Numbered from the stretch's first letter, positions 47,561 to 59,605 are shown. The stretch is 64,000 bases of DNA from an uncultured Anaerolineaceae bacterium (GCA_964427285.1 CAYRTS010000005.1:3646-67645); one strand, 5' to 3'. A program made the numbers and translations. The notes: generated by a model not told the origin, from the sequence alone.

Positions 47561-47857
47561 TCAGGCGTCCCAGCTGACCTCGTCGTCGGTCTGCTCCTCG
47601 AGGCGGGCGATCAGCAGCTCGATGCCGGTGTCGTCGGCCAGGATCTCGCTGACCGAGCTGAGTTCGCCGCCGAACATGCTGCGCAACATGGGATCGAAGA
47701 GCAGCATCGCGTTGGCGCCGAGGGCGCGATACGGGCGGCTCGCCTCCAGGAAGTGGACCGCAGGTCCGCTCATCCCCCGCAGTTCGATCTCGCGGGCGAC
47801 CTGCTCGACCAGCTCGTCGCGCTGCTCTTCGCTCGGTTCGTACGGGCCTCTGTTCAT
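47561..47857 (-). CDS. Hypothetical 98-aa acidic helical protein
   Basis: Coupled (ATGA) to the macrodomain gene. Coding-like composition. Confidence 0.7.
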   Translation of the reverse strand: MNRGPYEPSEEQRDELVEQVAREIELRGMSGPAVHFLEASRPYRALGANAMLLFDPMLRSMFGGELSSVSEILADDTGIELLIARLEEQTDDEVSWDA

Positions 47858-48384
47858 GAACCCAGCCCGCGCGGGACGGCGCTGACCGCCTGGAGCGCCC
47901 GACTGAAGGCGGCATACGTTGTGGCACCGCGCAGGGCGAAGACCACGTGCGCGACGGTCGGACTGTTGGCCAACTCGTCGCGGACGGTCGTCACCGTGAT
48001 CCGGGCGCCCTCATCGAGTTCGAAGCCGCCAACGCCGGAGCCGAGCGCGGGGAACGCGATGCTGGTCGCCTTGATCTCGCGGGCTCTCGCCATCGCACTG
48101 CGAACCGCCGCTTCCAGCGTGGCTGCCGTGGTCCGTCGGTCGCGATCGAGGGTGACCGCGTGGATGACAGCCTGCACGGCGAGCGTCCCGGCGGGCGTGA
48201 TCACCGCGCCGCCGGGCTCGACGGGCCCCTGGCGGATCGCGGCGAATTCAATCGAGTCGCCGCCGGCTCGCTTGATTGCACCGGCGACCCCGGTCGACAT
48301 CCAGAGCGACCCATTGGCGGGCGCGACGATCGCGTCAATCTCAAGCTCGCAGATATCGCCATTCCAGATCTCGATCCGCGCCAC
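47854..48384 (-). CDS. Macrodomain (Appr-1''-p processing / ADP-ribose-binding) protein
   Basis: GDI..DAIVAPAN..GVAGAIK..AVITPAG..VIHAV..SIAFPALGSGVGG. Confidence 0.9.
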   Translation of the reverse strand: MARIEIWNGDICELEIDAIVAPANGSLWMSTGVAGAIKRAGGDSIEFAAIRQGPVEPGGAVITPAGTLAVQAVIHAVTLDRDRRTTAATLEAAVRSAMARAREIKATSIAFPALGSGVGGFELDEGARITVTTVRDELANSPTVAHVVFALRGATTYAAFSRALQAVSAVPRGLGS

Positions 48385-49608
48385 CTAGATGCTCCGCTGG
48401 CTGAGAACTCGCAGACCGACCGGTCCGGCCGCGGCATGGTACACCCGGGGTAACCGGCGAGCCATCCCGGTCATGACCTCCCACTGGTTTGTGGTGCGCT
48501 CGCGCGCCAGGTCAGCAACGGTGATCCGCTCAGCTCCACCGGTCCCGATGAGCACGAACTCGTCGTTGCAGCTCACCGGCGGCCCAGGTACGGCACTGAC
48601 ATCGGCCATCACCGCATCCATCGCCACGTTGCCCACGAGCGGTACGCGCGTCCCCCGGACCAGGGCCGCCGCCCGGTTGGACAGGTGACGGGACCAGCCA
48701 TCGCCATAGCCGATCGGCAGCGTGGCGATCCGGCTGGGGCCGGTCGTGGTGAACGTTGGCCCGTAACTGATCCCCCAGCCCCCGGGCAGGTCCTCGACTC
48801 GGACGGGCCGAGCGTAGAGCGCCATGACCGGACGAAGCGCAGCGCTGACGCCGGTCAGCATTTCCACGCCGCCCAGTTCATCGGGCACCAACCCGTAGAT
48901 GGCGAGCCCGGGACGAACCCCGTCATAGGTTCCGGCTCCGCCGGAGATCAGTGCCGCGCTGGCCACCACGTGACGAGCCGGCAGTGCCAGCCCGGCAACC
49001 GTCAGGCTCGCCACGACCGCCTCGTATCGAGCGACCTGGAGGGCGGTCAACGCCGCGTCCTCGACCGCCTGGAGGTGGGTCCACAGCCCGGCCAGGGCCA
49101 GACCGGGCGTCCCCACGATCAACTGGGCCGCGGCAACCACCCGCGCGCCGGCGAGTCCGCCCCGACCAAGGCCCGTCTCAACCTCGAGTTCCACTTCGAG
49201 CGGCTTCGCCGGCTCAATCGCGGCGGCGGCGCCCGTGAGTTCCGCCAGCAGGTCGGCATCCCCAACGGTAACCGCGATCTGCCGGCGCGCTGCCTCGCCG
49301 ATCCATGCCACCGGAACCGGATAGAGGACCAGGATCGGCGCGGCGATGCCGGCGTCGCGCAACTCGACCGCCTCATCGAATGCAGCCACGCAGAAGCCAT
49401 CGACGCCCGCCGCCTCGAGCGCCCGAGCCACCGGGACCGCCCCATGCCCGTAGGCGTCGGCCTTCACGACGGGTCGCACCCGGACACCCGGACCGGCTGC
49501 CTCCCTGAGCACGACCAGGTTGCTCTGAACGGCGTCCAGGTCGATCTCGAGCCACGCCGTGCGGGGCAGCGCCGGGAGCCCCGCCGCTGCCAGGCGCTCC
49601 TCGATCAT
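48385..49608 (-). CDS. alr: Alanine racemase
   Basis: VVKADAYGHG (PLP Lys), VETGLGRGG, VRPGLAIYG, ISYG, IGYGDG and GNVAMD. Confidence 0.95.
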   Translation of the reverse strand: MIEERLAAAGLPALPRTAWLEIDLDAVQSNLVVLREAAGPGVRVRPVVKADAYGHGAVPVARALEAAGVDGFCVAAFDEAVELRDAGIAAPILVLYPVPVAWIGEAARRQIAVTVGDADLLAELTGAAAAIEPAKPLEVELEVETGLGRGGLAGARVVAAAQLIVGTPGLALAGLWTHLQAVEDAALTALQVARYEAVVASLTVAGLALPARHVVASAALISGGAGTYDGVRPGLAIYGLVPDELGGVEMLTGVSAALRPVMALYARPVRVEDLPGGWGISYGPTFTTTGPSRIATLPIGYGDGWSRHLSNRAAALVRGTRVPLVGNVAMDAVMADVSAVPGPPVSCNDEFVLIGTGGAERITVADLARERTTNQWEVMTGMARRLPRVYHAAAGPVGLRVLSQRSI

Positions 49609-49651
49609 GGATCGCCGCCAGACGGGGGTCGCGGGCACGATGCTCACCCGG

Positions 49652-50734
49652 TCACGGACCGGGATCAGGTCCTGCCTGAATCTCGCGAGCCACGCGAGCC
49701 ACGAAACCGAGGCGTTTGCCGCTCCCCCGGCGCTCCGCCAGGGCGGCCAGGCGCTTGCGGGCGATGGCCATCCCGTCGGGCAGGTCAGATGCCAGGAGGC
49801 CCGCGTCGCCAAGGCGTTCGCGGACACTGTCACCGGCCACCCCGTGCACATAGACGCCCAGCCGCGCAGCCGCAAAGGGGTCCACGCCCTGCGCCACGAG
49901 CGATCCGATCGCCCCCGCCAGCACGTCGCCGGTTCCGCCCGATGCGAGGGCCGGGTTCTCAAAGGGCGCGACGGCGACGGCTCCATAGGGTGCGGCGATG
50001 ACCGTCCGGGCACCCTTGAGGACGACGACGGTGTTCCAGGCACCGGCAGCGTCCCGGGCGGCGGCGACTCGAGCGTCGTCGTCGCCGGTCAGGTCGCCAT
50101 CCCCTGCCGGATCGAGCCCGCTGCCGGCGCGCAGCCGGGCGAACTCGCCGGCGTGCGGGGTCAGGACGACGGGCCGACGCACCGCCTCCCACCAGCGGTC
50201 AAGGGTGGCCAGGGAACGGAGCGCTTCGGCATCGAGCACGATCGGGGCGGGATCGGCTTCCGATGGCACCGACAGCAGGATCCGGACCAGCTCTGTCGTG
50301 GCCAGGCCGGGTCGCAACCCGGGGCCAACGACGATGGCGTCGTGCTGGTGATCGAGAATGCGGGCGAGCGCCGGCTCCGGATCCACCTCCTCCACGTCGT
50401 CCTCGGGGAGGCTCATCGTCACCGCCTCGACGACCTTGGCCGCAAAGAGCGGCTGCAGGGACTCGGGCACCGCAAGGGTCACCAGACCGGCCCCGGCCCG
50501 CCCTGCCGCTCGACAGACCAGCAGGGCCGCACCAGCGTAATCGAGCGAACCGGCGATCACCAGGAGCTTGCCGAAGGTCCCCTTGTGGCCCCGCGCCGCA
50601 CGCACCGGCAGGAGCCCCGCCACGATCTCGTCATCCAGCTTGACCGCCCCGGCCGGGAACGGCGTTTCTCCCTTTGCCTGGGAGCCAACCGGCCCGTCGT
50701 GGTGCCCGAAGCCGACCGGCCGCCGTTCAGGCAC
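49652..50734 (-). CDS. nnrD: ADP/ATP-dependent NAD(P)HX dehydratase (YjeF C-domain only)
   Basis: HKGTFG, GAGLV, VGPGL, LDAEAL, LTPHAGEFARL, LKGA and LASGGTGDVLAG. Confidence 0.92.
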   Translation of the reverse strand: MPERRPVGFGHHDGPVGSQAKGETPFPAGAVKLDDEIVAGLLPVRAARGHKGTFGKLLVIAGSLDYAGAALLVCRAAGRAGAGLVTLAVPESLQPLFAAKVVEAVTMSLPEDDVEEVDPEPALARILDHQHDAIVVGPGLRPGLATTELVRILLSVPSEADPAPIVLDAEALRSLATLDRWWEAVRRPVVLTPHAGEFARLRAGSGLDPAGDGDLTGDDDARVAAARDAAGAWNTVVVLKGARTVIAAPYGAVAVAPFENPALASGGTGDVLAGAIGSLVAQGVDPFAAARLGVYVHGVAGDSVRERLGDAGLLASDLPDGMAIARKRLAALAERRGSGKRLGFVARVAREIQAGPDPGP

Positions 50735-51356
50735 CCGATTCCTCGCACGTGGGCGTTTCGCGCGGCATCGGCTCGCCCGCGCCCGCGCCCGAGACCGCCA
50801 CGCCAGTCATCACGCCCGGCGCCGCAACGCCCCCGGCCGCGAGCGTCCCGAGGCGGTCGATACGGGCCAGGATCTGCCGTTCGCGATCGTCGAGTCGGGC
50901 CTCGATGTCGGGCGGAAAGACGTACCGGCCAGGGGCGGTCCGGATGCCAAACGCGATGGCGACCGCGTAGTCCGATTCGTGGGTGATCGAGACCGCGATG
51001 CGACCCATCCCCAGCTGTTCAGCCCGGACGGCCGCCCTGCCGTGGAGCCGCACGGCGGGTTGGCCCGTGGGCAACCGCTCGATCTCGATGTCGCGCCAGC
51101 CGATGCCCCGGACGCCCAGCCCGAGGACCTTGGAAACGGCCTCCTTGGCTGCCCATCGACCGGCCATCGTCTCGGGACGATCGCGCACGTGGCGGCGCTC
51201 GGCGTCGGTCAGGACGCGCCGTGAGAAGCGCGGGCCGAAGCGCTCGAGGGCCGCCCGAATGCGCCCGACCGAGATGATGTCAATCCCGAGTTCGGTGGTC
51301 CCCGGCGGCACGAGTCCGGGTGGGATCCTGACCTCGTCAGCGTGGTCCGTGGGCAT
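50727..51356 (-). CDS. acpS: Holo-[acyl-carrier-protein] synthase with N- and C-terminal extensions
   Basis: GIDII, AGRWAAKEAVSKVLG, WRDIEI..GQP and VSITHE. Confidence 0.93.
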   Translation of the reverse strand: MPTDHADEVRIPPGLVPPGTTELGIDIISVGRIRAALERFGPRFSRRVLTDAERRHVRDRPETMAGRWAAKEAVSKVLGLGVRGIGWRDIEIERLPTGQPAVRLHGRAAVRAEQLGMGRIAVSITHESDYAVAIAFGIRTAPGRYVFPPDIEARLDDRERQILARIDRLGTLAAGGVAAPGVMTGVAVSGAGAGEPMPRETPTCEESGA

Positions 51357-51362
51357 CGAGCG

Positions 51363-53195
<1,833 letters not shown>

Positions 53196-53270
53196 GGGGT
53201 CAGGCCCTCCGAGGGTCCCGACGGTCGTGGCTCGCCGGGTCGTGGTGACGCCGCTTGACAGGCACCGGGG

Positions 53271-54605
53271 CTAGTTTAGTCGCTCCCCGGCGAGAGCCGC
53301 CAGCGAGTCGGCCAGCTCGGCCACCAGGACTTCATCGCTCCCTTCGACCATGACCCTGAGCGCTGGCTCCGTCCCGGATGGCCGAACCAGGATCCGCCCG
53401 TCGCCGTCAAGTCGCGCCGTCGCCCGGGCAATGGCGCGCTGGAGCTCCGGATCGCCTTCCCACTGATCCTTGTGACGAGCGCTCACGGCACGCTGCTGCT
53501 GGGGCAACAGCGGGATCATGGCGGCCAGGTCGGCGAGACCACGGTGCTCGCGGCACATCACTCGCAACACTTCAAGGGCCGTGACGATCCCGTCGCCCGA
53601 GGTGGTGTGCTCGCGAACGATCACGTGGCCGCTCTTCTCGCCACCGAGACCCGCGCCCGAGACCTGCATCCCCTCGAGGATGTATTTGTCCCCTACGGGG
53701 GTGCGCACGATGTGCCCACCGGCAGCCTCGATCGCCCGCTGCAGGCCGCCGTTGGACAGCACAGACACGATCAGGGCTCCACCCGGGAGTTCGCCGCGGG
53801 CCAGCCGAGCGAGCGCCAGGATCCCCAGGACCTGATCACCATCGACCGTCCGGCCGGTCCCATCCACCGCGATCAGGCGGTCCGCATCGCCGTCGAGCGC
53901 GAACCCGACATCGGCGCCGGCCTCGAGCACCGCCGCGGCCAGCGACGCCGGGGATGTCGCGCCACAGCGAACGTTGATGTTGACCCCATCCGGGGCCGCA
54001 TGGATGACCGTGACCTCGGCGTCGGTTGCGGCCAGGATCTCGGCCCCGAGCGGACAGCCGGAGCCATTGGCGCAGTCGAGGACGACCCGGAGGCCACGAG
54101 CCTGGATCGTCCTGGCCAACCCCAGGCGGTGCCGGGTGTAGTCGATCACCCTGTGGCGATCGTCGACAACCCGGCCTATCTGCGCATTGGTCACCCCACC
54201 CAGCTCCTCGGTCCGCCAGATCAGTCTCTCGAGGTCCTCTTCGACGCTGTCGTCCAGCTTGAGACCCGCGCGGTCGAGCACCTTGAGTCCATTGTCCTCG
54301 GCTGGGTTGTGCGATGCGGAGACCATGATTCCGGCCGCAAAGGGCCCGTCGCCGGCCAGGAACGCGAGCGCTGGCGTCGGGACAACCCCGACGACGTGGG
54401 TATCGACGCCCAGGCTGGTTGCCCCGGCGGCGAGCGCTGCCACGAACATGTCACCCGAGCGTCGGGTGTCCTGGCCGACCACGATCGCGCCTCGACGGGC
54501 GGCCAGCTGGTGGGCCACGGCCCGACCCAGGGCATAGGCGGTCGTCGGCTTGAGGTCGACATTGGCGACCCCCCGAATGCCATCGGTCCCGAACAAGCGT
54601 CCCAT
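53271..54605 (-). CDS. glmM: Phosphoglucosamine mutase
   Basis: LFGTDGIRG, SASHNP, DGDADR, GGEKSGH and RPSGTEP. Confidence 0.97.
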   Translation of the reverse strand: MGRLFGTDGIRGVANVDLKPTTAYALGRAVAHQLAARRGAIVVGQDTRRSGDMFVAALAAGATSLGVDTHVVGVVPTPALAFLAGDGPFAAGIMVSASHNPAEDNGLKVLDRAGLKLDDSVEEDLERLIWRTEELGGVTNAQIGRVVDDRHRVIDYTRHRLGLARTIQARGLRVVLDCANGSGCPLGAEILAATDAEVTVIHAAPDGVNINVRCGATSPASLAAAVLEAGADVGFALDGDADRLIAVDGTGRTVDGDQVLGILALARLARGELPGGALIVSVLSNGGLQRAIEAAGGHIVRTPVGDKYILEGMQVSGAGLGGEKSGHVIVREHTTSGDGIVTALEVLRVMCREHRGLADLAAMIPLLPQQQRAVSARHKDQWEGDPELQRAIARATARLDGDGRILVRPSGTEPALRVMVEGSDEVLVAELADSLAALAGERLN

Positions 54606-54610
54606 GCCGA

Positions 54611-55873
54611 TCAACCGCTGGGCGATGGAGCCACGGTCGGGGACGCCGCCGGCGATGCTGAAGGCGACGGCGGCGGACCGACGATGGTCACCAGGACATT
54701 TGGCGGGCTGGCCGACACAAGCGTCAGGCCCGCGGGCAGGTCAAGGGTGACGGGCACAAGCTGCGAACCCGGCTCGAGTCCGGTCACGTCAAGCTCAACC
54801 ACCAGCGTCCTCCCGCTGAGTCGATCGAGGTCCGCCACGGATCCGCCGACCGTGACCAGGATCTCGTCCGCATCCGGCGTGTAGTTGAAACCCGGCACAA
54901 ACCCGACGAGTCTAAGGCCGGACGAGAAGTTCCGGGTCGCGGTCACCGGCCGGAGCGTGATCACAACGGTGGCCCTGACGTCCCCCACCGGCAGGACTCC
55001 GTCCGGCAAGTCCAGACCAACGATCAGGGTCAATTCGGCCGAGATCCCGGTCACTGCAATCTGCACCGTGTCGACCCTGACCAGGTCGGCCAGCTGGTCG
55101 GCATCGCCCTCGACCAGGGCGACCATGGGTTCGACCGCGATCGCGGCGATCTCGAACCCTGCGGCTGGATCACCGGTCACGACCGGATTGATCGGCAACG
55201 TCCGCGTCTCTCGATCGGAGAAGACCGGGATCGCGATCCGGGCGGCCCGCGGCTCGACGTCGACCTGACCGACCGCATCGCCGAACTCGTCGATCGGCAC
55301 GAGATCGGTGTCCTGGTCGATATCGATACCCGTCGGCTGGATGAAGATGCTGGCCCGGACAGCCACGACACGCTCGATGACCGACGCCGGGCCAGACACC
55401 TGGGCCTGGATCGGGCTGATGCTCGCCTCGCCGAGCTGGAGACCGCCCGGGATCGGACCGCGATCGACCACGACATCGACGAGCTTGCGCTCGAGCCGGT
55501 CGAGATCGACGGTGACGGCGGCCGGCTGGACGCTGACGACCGTGATCCGGTCGTCGATCGAGGTCACCAGGACGGGGACCCGCTGGGGGCCGCCCCCGGG
55601 GACGATGGCACTGAGGTCAATGCTCGCCTCGAAATCCGACGACAGGGGCCGCGTCCCGGCCGGTGAGAAGTAGCGGATCTCGGTGACCGGATCGATCAAG
55701 GTGAGCAGGAAGGAGTCGTCCGGCAGACCGTGTGGGTCGATCCGGATGGCCACACCGGTGAGGGTCTGCGTGCTCTGGGTGACAATCAGGCCGCCATACA
55801 GCAGCGTGGCCAGCCCCACCGCGGCGAGCTTGAGCGGCCAGTTGTGCGCGATGCGGTCGAGGATCCTGTTCAC
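54611..55873 (-). CDS. cdaR: CdaR/YbbR-like diadenylate cyclase regulator
   Basis: N-terminal TM (NWPLKLAAVGLATLLY), repeated YbbR-type beta domains, and position between cdaA and glmM. Confidence 0.88.
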   Translation of the reverse strand: MNRILDRIAHNWPLKLAAVGLATLLYGGLIVTQSTQTLTGVAIRIDPHGLPDDSFLLTLIDPVTEIRYFSPAGTRPLSSDFEASIDLSAIVPGGGPQRVPVLVTSIDDRITVVSVQPAAVTVDLDRLERKLVDVVVDRGPIPGGLQLGEASISPIQAQVSGPASVIERVVAVRASIFIQPTGIDIDQDTDLVPIDEFGDAVGQVDVEPRAARIAIPVFSDRETRTLPINPVVTGDPAAGFEIAAIAVEPMVALVEGDADQLADLVRVDTVQIAVTGISAELTLIVGLDLPDGVLPVGDVRATVVITLRPVTATRNFSSGLRLVGFVPGFNYTPDADEILVTVGGSVADLDRLSGRTLVVELDVTGLEPGSQLVPVTLDLPAGLTLVSASPPNVLVTIVGPPPSPSASPAASPTVAPSPSG

Positions 55874-56928
55874 GCTGACGCCTGATCAGTCGCCGATCGG
55901 CCCGGATCCACATCGGATTCGAGGGGAGTCATCGGGGGCGGCGCGACGCGAATCTCCGCACCGGTCCCGGGTTCCGCCGCCGCGACAACGGTCGGGCTCA
56001 TGCTGACGGCCGTGCTGGCAGGGACCACGGGACCGCCCGCCAGCCGCGAGCGGCCCATGAGGCGCCCAAACGCCCCGAGGCGATTCGAACCGCCGGTCGC
56101 TGCCCCTCTCGTCCGGACGGCCCGCCAGCCAAGCGTTCCGCGGCGCCCACCGGCCGGGTCAAGGAATACCTGGATGGCGCGGGCAAGACCGGCTTCCGTC
56201 AGGTTCCTGACGATCCGGGCGCGCTCGACCAGGCTGATCTGCCCATTCTCCTCCGACACGACCACCACCACTGCGTCGGTCTGCTCGGTGATTCCGAGGG
56301 CGGCACGATGCCGGGTCCCGAACCGTTCAGAGTGGATCGATGTCTCTGCCAGCGGCAGCACGGCTCCGGCAGCGACGATCCGGTCTTCGCGGATGATCAC
56401 CGCGCCGTCGTGCAGGGCTGAGCGGGGCATGAAGATCGTCTGGAGCAGATCCGCCGACAGGTCACCGTGGATCATCACGCCGGTCTCTGCCACTTCCTGG
56501 AGCCCGGTCTCCCGCTCGAGCACGATCAAGGCCCCATGACCCTCCGCCGACAGCTCGGCACTGGCGCGGGCCACCTCGGTGGCGACCAGTTCGGCCGTTC
56601 GAGTAACCGCCGGGGAGAGCAACCAGCCTAGTGAACCGACCCGTCCGATGCGCTCAAGGGCACGACGCAACTCCGGCTGAAACACGACGACCAGGGCAAA
56701 CAGCCCGACGAACGCCCCGGCCTGGAGGATCTGGGTCAGGAGCCGCAGGTCAAGGGCGACGGCCAGGGCATAAACCACGAGGAGTACGCTGACGCCGATG
56801 ACGAGACGGACGGCGCGCGTGCCGCGGATCAGGCTGAACAGCCAATAGATGAGGAGGGCCGTGATGCCGATGTCGAGGATCGTCGTCAGGCGAACCTGGT
56901 CGAGGACCGATCGAAGGAGCTCCGGCAT
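55870..56928 (-). CDS. cdaA: Diadenylate cyclase CdaA (DacA)
   Basis: Three TM helices, FQPELRRALE, LHDGA, GTRHRAA and VSEE. Confidence 0.96.
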   Translation of the reverse strand: MPELLRSVLDQVRLTTILDIGITALLIYWLFSLIRGTRAVRLVIGVSVLLVVYALAVALDLRLLTQILQAGAFVGLFALVVVFQPELRRALERIGRVGSLGWLLSPAVTRTAELVATEVARASAELSAEGHGALIVLERETGLQEVAETGVMIHGDLSADLLQTIFMPRSALHDGAVIIREDRIVAAGAVLPLAETSIHSERFGTRHRAALGITEQTDAVVVVVSEENGQISLVERARIVRNLTEAGLARAIQVFLDPAGGRRGTLGWRAVRTRGAATGGSNRLGAFGRLMGRSRLAGGPVVPASTAVSMSPTVVAAAEPGTGAEIRVAPPPMTPLESDVDPGRSATDQASA

Positions 56929-57094
56929 CGTCGCCCGAGTGTAGCATCGCCCTCCGGTCGGTCGACCGGCGCGATCGAACGCGACCGGAACGCGGCCGAT
57001 TCGAAGCGAGCGCGCAGCCCAGGTCGAGGCCGTTCAGGGGTGCCGTCCGAATTAGGCCCGCCGCGGTGCTGGACCGGCGGCCACCAGGTGTCGG

Positions 57095-58084
57095 TCAAGT
57101 TTCGGTCAGGCACATCGCGCTGAGTCGTGCGTCGTCGGGGAACCGCCGGGCTGCCAGGTCGCACAGGCGCGCTTGGGTCGCGCGGTCCCCGGACATCTCG
57201 GCGAGCCGCCCGATCAGCACCAGTTTGTCGGCAGCCACGGTGCGCCAGCCGCGGTCCAGGTAGAGCTGGGTCAGGGCGAAATGGATGGCGGGATCCCCGG
57301 GGGCGACGGCCAAGGCCTCATAACAGGCATCGATCGAGGCGTTGAACTCACCGACCGCGCGATGAGCGCTTGCCGCGGCGACGGCCTCGCGCCGCGCCGC
57401 CTCGAGGTTGCCCGCATCGATCGCTGCCTCAAACGCGAGGCGATGTCGCAGCGGATCGACTGGAGCGGGCCGAGCGGAACCCGGAGCCGGGTCGGAATCG
57501 ATGACGGCCCCCGGTGCTTGTGCATCGTCGGCGGGCGTCGCATCCGCCGCGCCGGGGTCCGAGGGAGTGACAGGGGTTGCGCCTGGATGGACCTCGATGA
57601 TCCGCCGCGCTCGTTCAAGCACGCTGGCCGCCGCCGGGTCCACGCTCATGGTACTGAGCCTGGCGACGAGGGCCTCGACGAGTCGGCGACGACCGCGCGA
57701 TTCCGCGAGCTCCAGCGCGCGCCTGGCCGCGTCACAGGCATCGGCCACGCGGTCCCCTCGCTCCAGCACGTCGGCCAGCCGATCGAGGGTTGCCGCCGCC
57801 TCCGCGGGACGGTCTGTGGCCGCCAGGAGATCGGCTCGCCCCAGCAGCGCCTTCTCGTCATCGGGCGCACGGTCAAGCGCCGCCCGAAAAGCTGCCAGCG
57901 CCTCATCGACACGCTCGAGCCGGGCCAGTGCCGTTCCCAGCCCCACGTACGCCAGCGATCGATCCGGCGCGAGCCGCGCTGCCTCGCGATACGCGCCGAC
58001 GGCGGTCTCGAAGCGTCCACGAGCCGTCGCCACATGGCCGCGGCGCAGCGCATCCTTGTAGCCCTCGTACAGCGAGTCGGTCAT
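57095..58084 (-). CDS. Tetratricopeptide-repeat protein
   Basis: Repeated A..AY..A..LAPD..AY..LG patterns at both ends around a Pro/Ala linker. Coupled (ATGA) to argF. Confidence 0.85.
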   Translation of the reverse strand: MTDSLYEGYKDALRRGHVATARGRFETAVGAYREAARLAPDRSLAYVGLGTALARLERVDEALAAFRAALDRAPDDEKALLGRADLLAATDRPAEAAATLDRLADVLERGDRVADACDAARRALELAESRGRRRLVEALVARLSTMSVDPAAASVLERARRIIEVHPGATPVTPSDPGAADATPADDAQAPGAVIDSDPAPGSARPAPVDPLRHRLAFEAAIDAGNLEAARREAVAAASAHRAVGEFNASIDACYEALAVAPGDPAIHFALTQLYLDRGWRTVAADKLVLIGRLAEMSGDRATQARLCDLAARRFPDDARLSAMCLTET

Positions 58085-59043
58085 GAGAGGGCGGGCCCCG
58101 CGAGCAGCTCCACGAGCAGCCCCTTCTGCACGTGCAGCCGGTTCTCGGATTGCTCCCAGATCAGGCTGCGCGGTCCATCCATCACCGCGGACGTGATCTC
58201 CTCGCCACGGTGCGCAGGCAGACAGTGCATGGCGAGGGCGTCGGTCCCGGCGGCTTCGAGCAGCACGTCATCCACGCGATAGGCGGCGAAGGCGTCCCGG
58301 CGCGCTTCGGTTTCGGCCTCCTGGCCCATGGAGGTCCAGGCGTCCGTATAGACCACGGCCGCCCCGCGTACCGCCGCGATGGGGTCGTGTCCAAAGCGCA
58401 GGCGGGCGCCGGATCCGGCGGCCAGCTCCTCTGCCCGTTGCACCACACGTGGGTCGGGAGCATACCCAGGCGGATGCGCCAGGCGAATCTCCATCCCGAG
58501 GGCCGCTCCGAGCAGGGCCAGCGAATGAAAGACGTTGTTGCCGTCACCCACAAAGGCCACGACAAGGCCGTCGAGGCGCCCGAAGCGCTCCCTGATCGTG
58601 AACATATCGGCAAGGGCCTGGCAGGGATGCTCGCGCAGAGTCAGGCCATTGATGACCGGAATGTCCGCCTGGACCGCAATTTCCTGGACGACTTCGTGCG
58701 AACCCGCCCGGACCACGATCGCATCCACCATCCGGTCGAGATTGCGCGCTACATCACGGACACTCTCGCGTGCTCCGAGCACCACATCGTTGGTCAGGTA
58801 GATCGCGTGGCCGCCGAGTTGGGCCATCCCCGCCTCGAAGCTCACCCGCGTTCGAAGGCTGGGTTTCTGGAACAGCATCGCCAGGGTACGCCCCGGCAGC
58901 GGCGGTGCAGCATGGCCGCGCTTCACCCGGAACTCGCGCTTCAGTTCAGTCGCGGTCTCGAACACCCGCCCAACCTCGGCGGCCGTCAGGTCCGCCGCGC
59001 TCAATAGGTCCCGCCCATGCAGCGACGACATCGGCATCCTCAT
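58081..59043 (-). CDS. argF: Ornithine carbamoyltransferase
   Basis: FQKPSLRTRVSF, HPCQALAD, GDGNN, YTDAWTSMGQE, HCLPAHRG and ENRLH. Confidence 0.9.
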   Translation of the reverse strand: MRMPMSSLHGRDLLSAADLTAAEVGRVFETATELKREFRVKRGHAAPPLPGRTLAMLFQKPSLRTRVSFEAGMAQLGGHAIYLTNDVVLGARESVRDVARNLDRMVDAIVVRAGSHEVVQEIAVQADIPVINGLTLREHPCQALADMFTIRERFGRLDGLVVAFVGDGNNVFHSLALLGAALGMEIRLAHPPGYAPDPRVVQRAEELAAGSGARLRFGHDPIAAVRGAAVVYTDAWTSMGQEAETEARRDAFAAYRVDDVLLEAAGTDALAMHCLPAHRGEEITSAVMDGPRSLIWEQSENRLHVQKGLLVELLAGPALS

Positions 59044-59206
59044 GCCATCACTCTAGCGGCGTCGGCGCGGAACGTTGGGCTCGGACCCGTAGCGGGCGAT
59101 CCGGGCGTTCAGGGCAAGGCGCGACCGACCACCGGAGCGAGCGCACGTCGGAGTGGGTCAGCGAGGAGCGCAGGATGCAACGCGGCCATGGACGCTCGGG
59201 CGATCG

Positions 59207-59605
59207 CTACCGCTTGGTGTACTGCGGCGCCTTTCGGGCACGCTTCAAGCCGTACTTCTTGCGCTCCTTCATCCGCGGATCGCGCGTGAGGAGGCCAGCC
59301 TGACGAAGCGGCAGGCGATGCCCCTCCGGGTCGACTTCGAGGAGCGCCCGCGCGATGCCGTGGCGAATGGCGCCGGCCTGGCCGGTCACACCGCCACCCT
59401 CGACCTTGATCATGACGTTGAACCGGCCCTCGGTCCCGGTCACGCGGAACGGCATGCGGACCTCGGTCGCGTTCACGGCATTCCCGAAGTGCTCCTCCAT
59501 GGACCGGCCGTTGATCACGATCTCGCCCTCGCCGGGCAGGAGTCGTACGCGTGCGACGGCCGTCTTGCGGCGACCGGTCCCGGAGAAGAATGAGGCGACG
59601 GGCAT
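59207..59605 (-). CDS. rpsI: 30S ribosomal protein S9
   Basis: [20 protein letters not shown] and [19 protein letters not shown]. Confidence 0.99.
   Translation of the reverse strand: MPVASFFSGTGRRKTAVARVRLLPGEGEIVINGRSMEEHFGNAVNATEVRMPFRVTGTEGRFNVMIKVEGGGVTGQAGAIRHGIARALLEVDPEGHRLPLRQAGLLTRDPRMKERKKYGLKRARKAPQYTKR

Noticed and set aside
53254-53263. 10-mer GCCTGTCAAG shared with the dnaG upstream palindrome
   Set aside because: Half-site only and noticed post hoc. One chance match in 64 kb is plausible.
53196-53270. glmS ribozyme
   Set aside because: The spacer is only 75 nt and no recognisable core is present.
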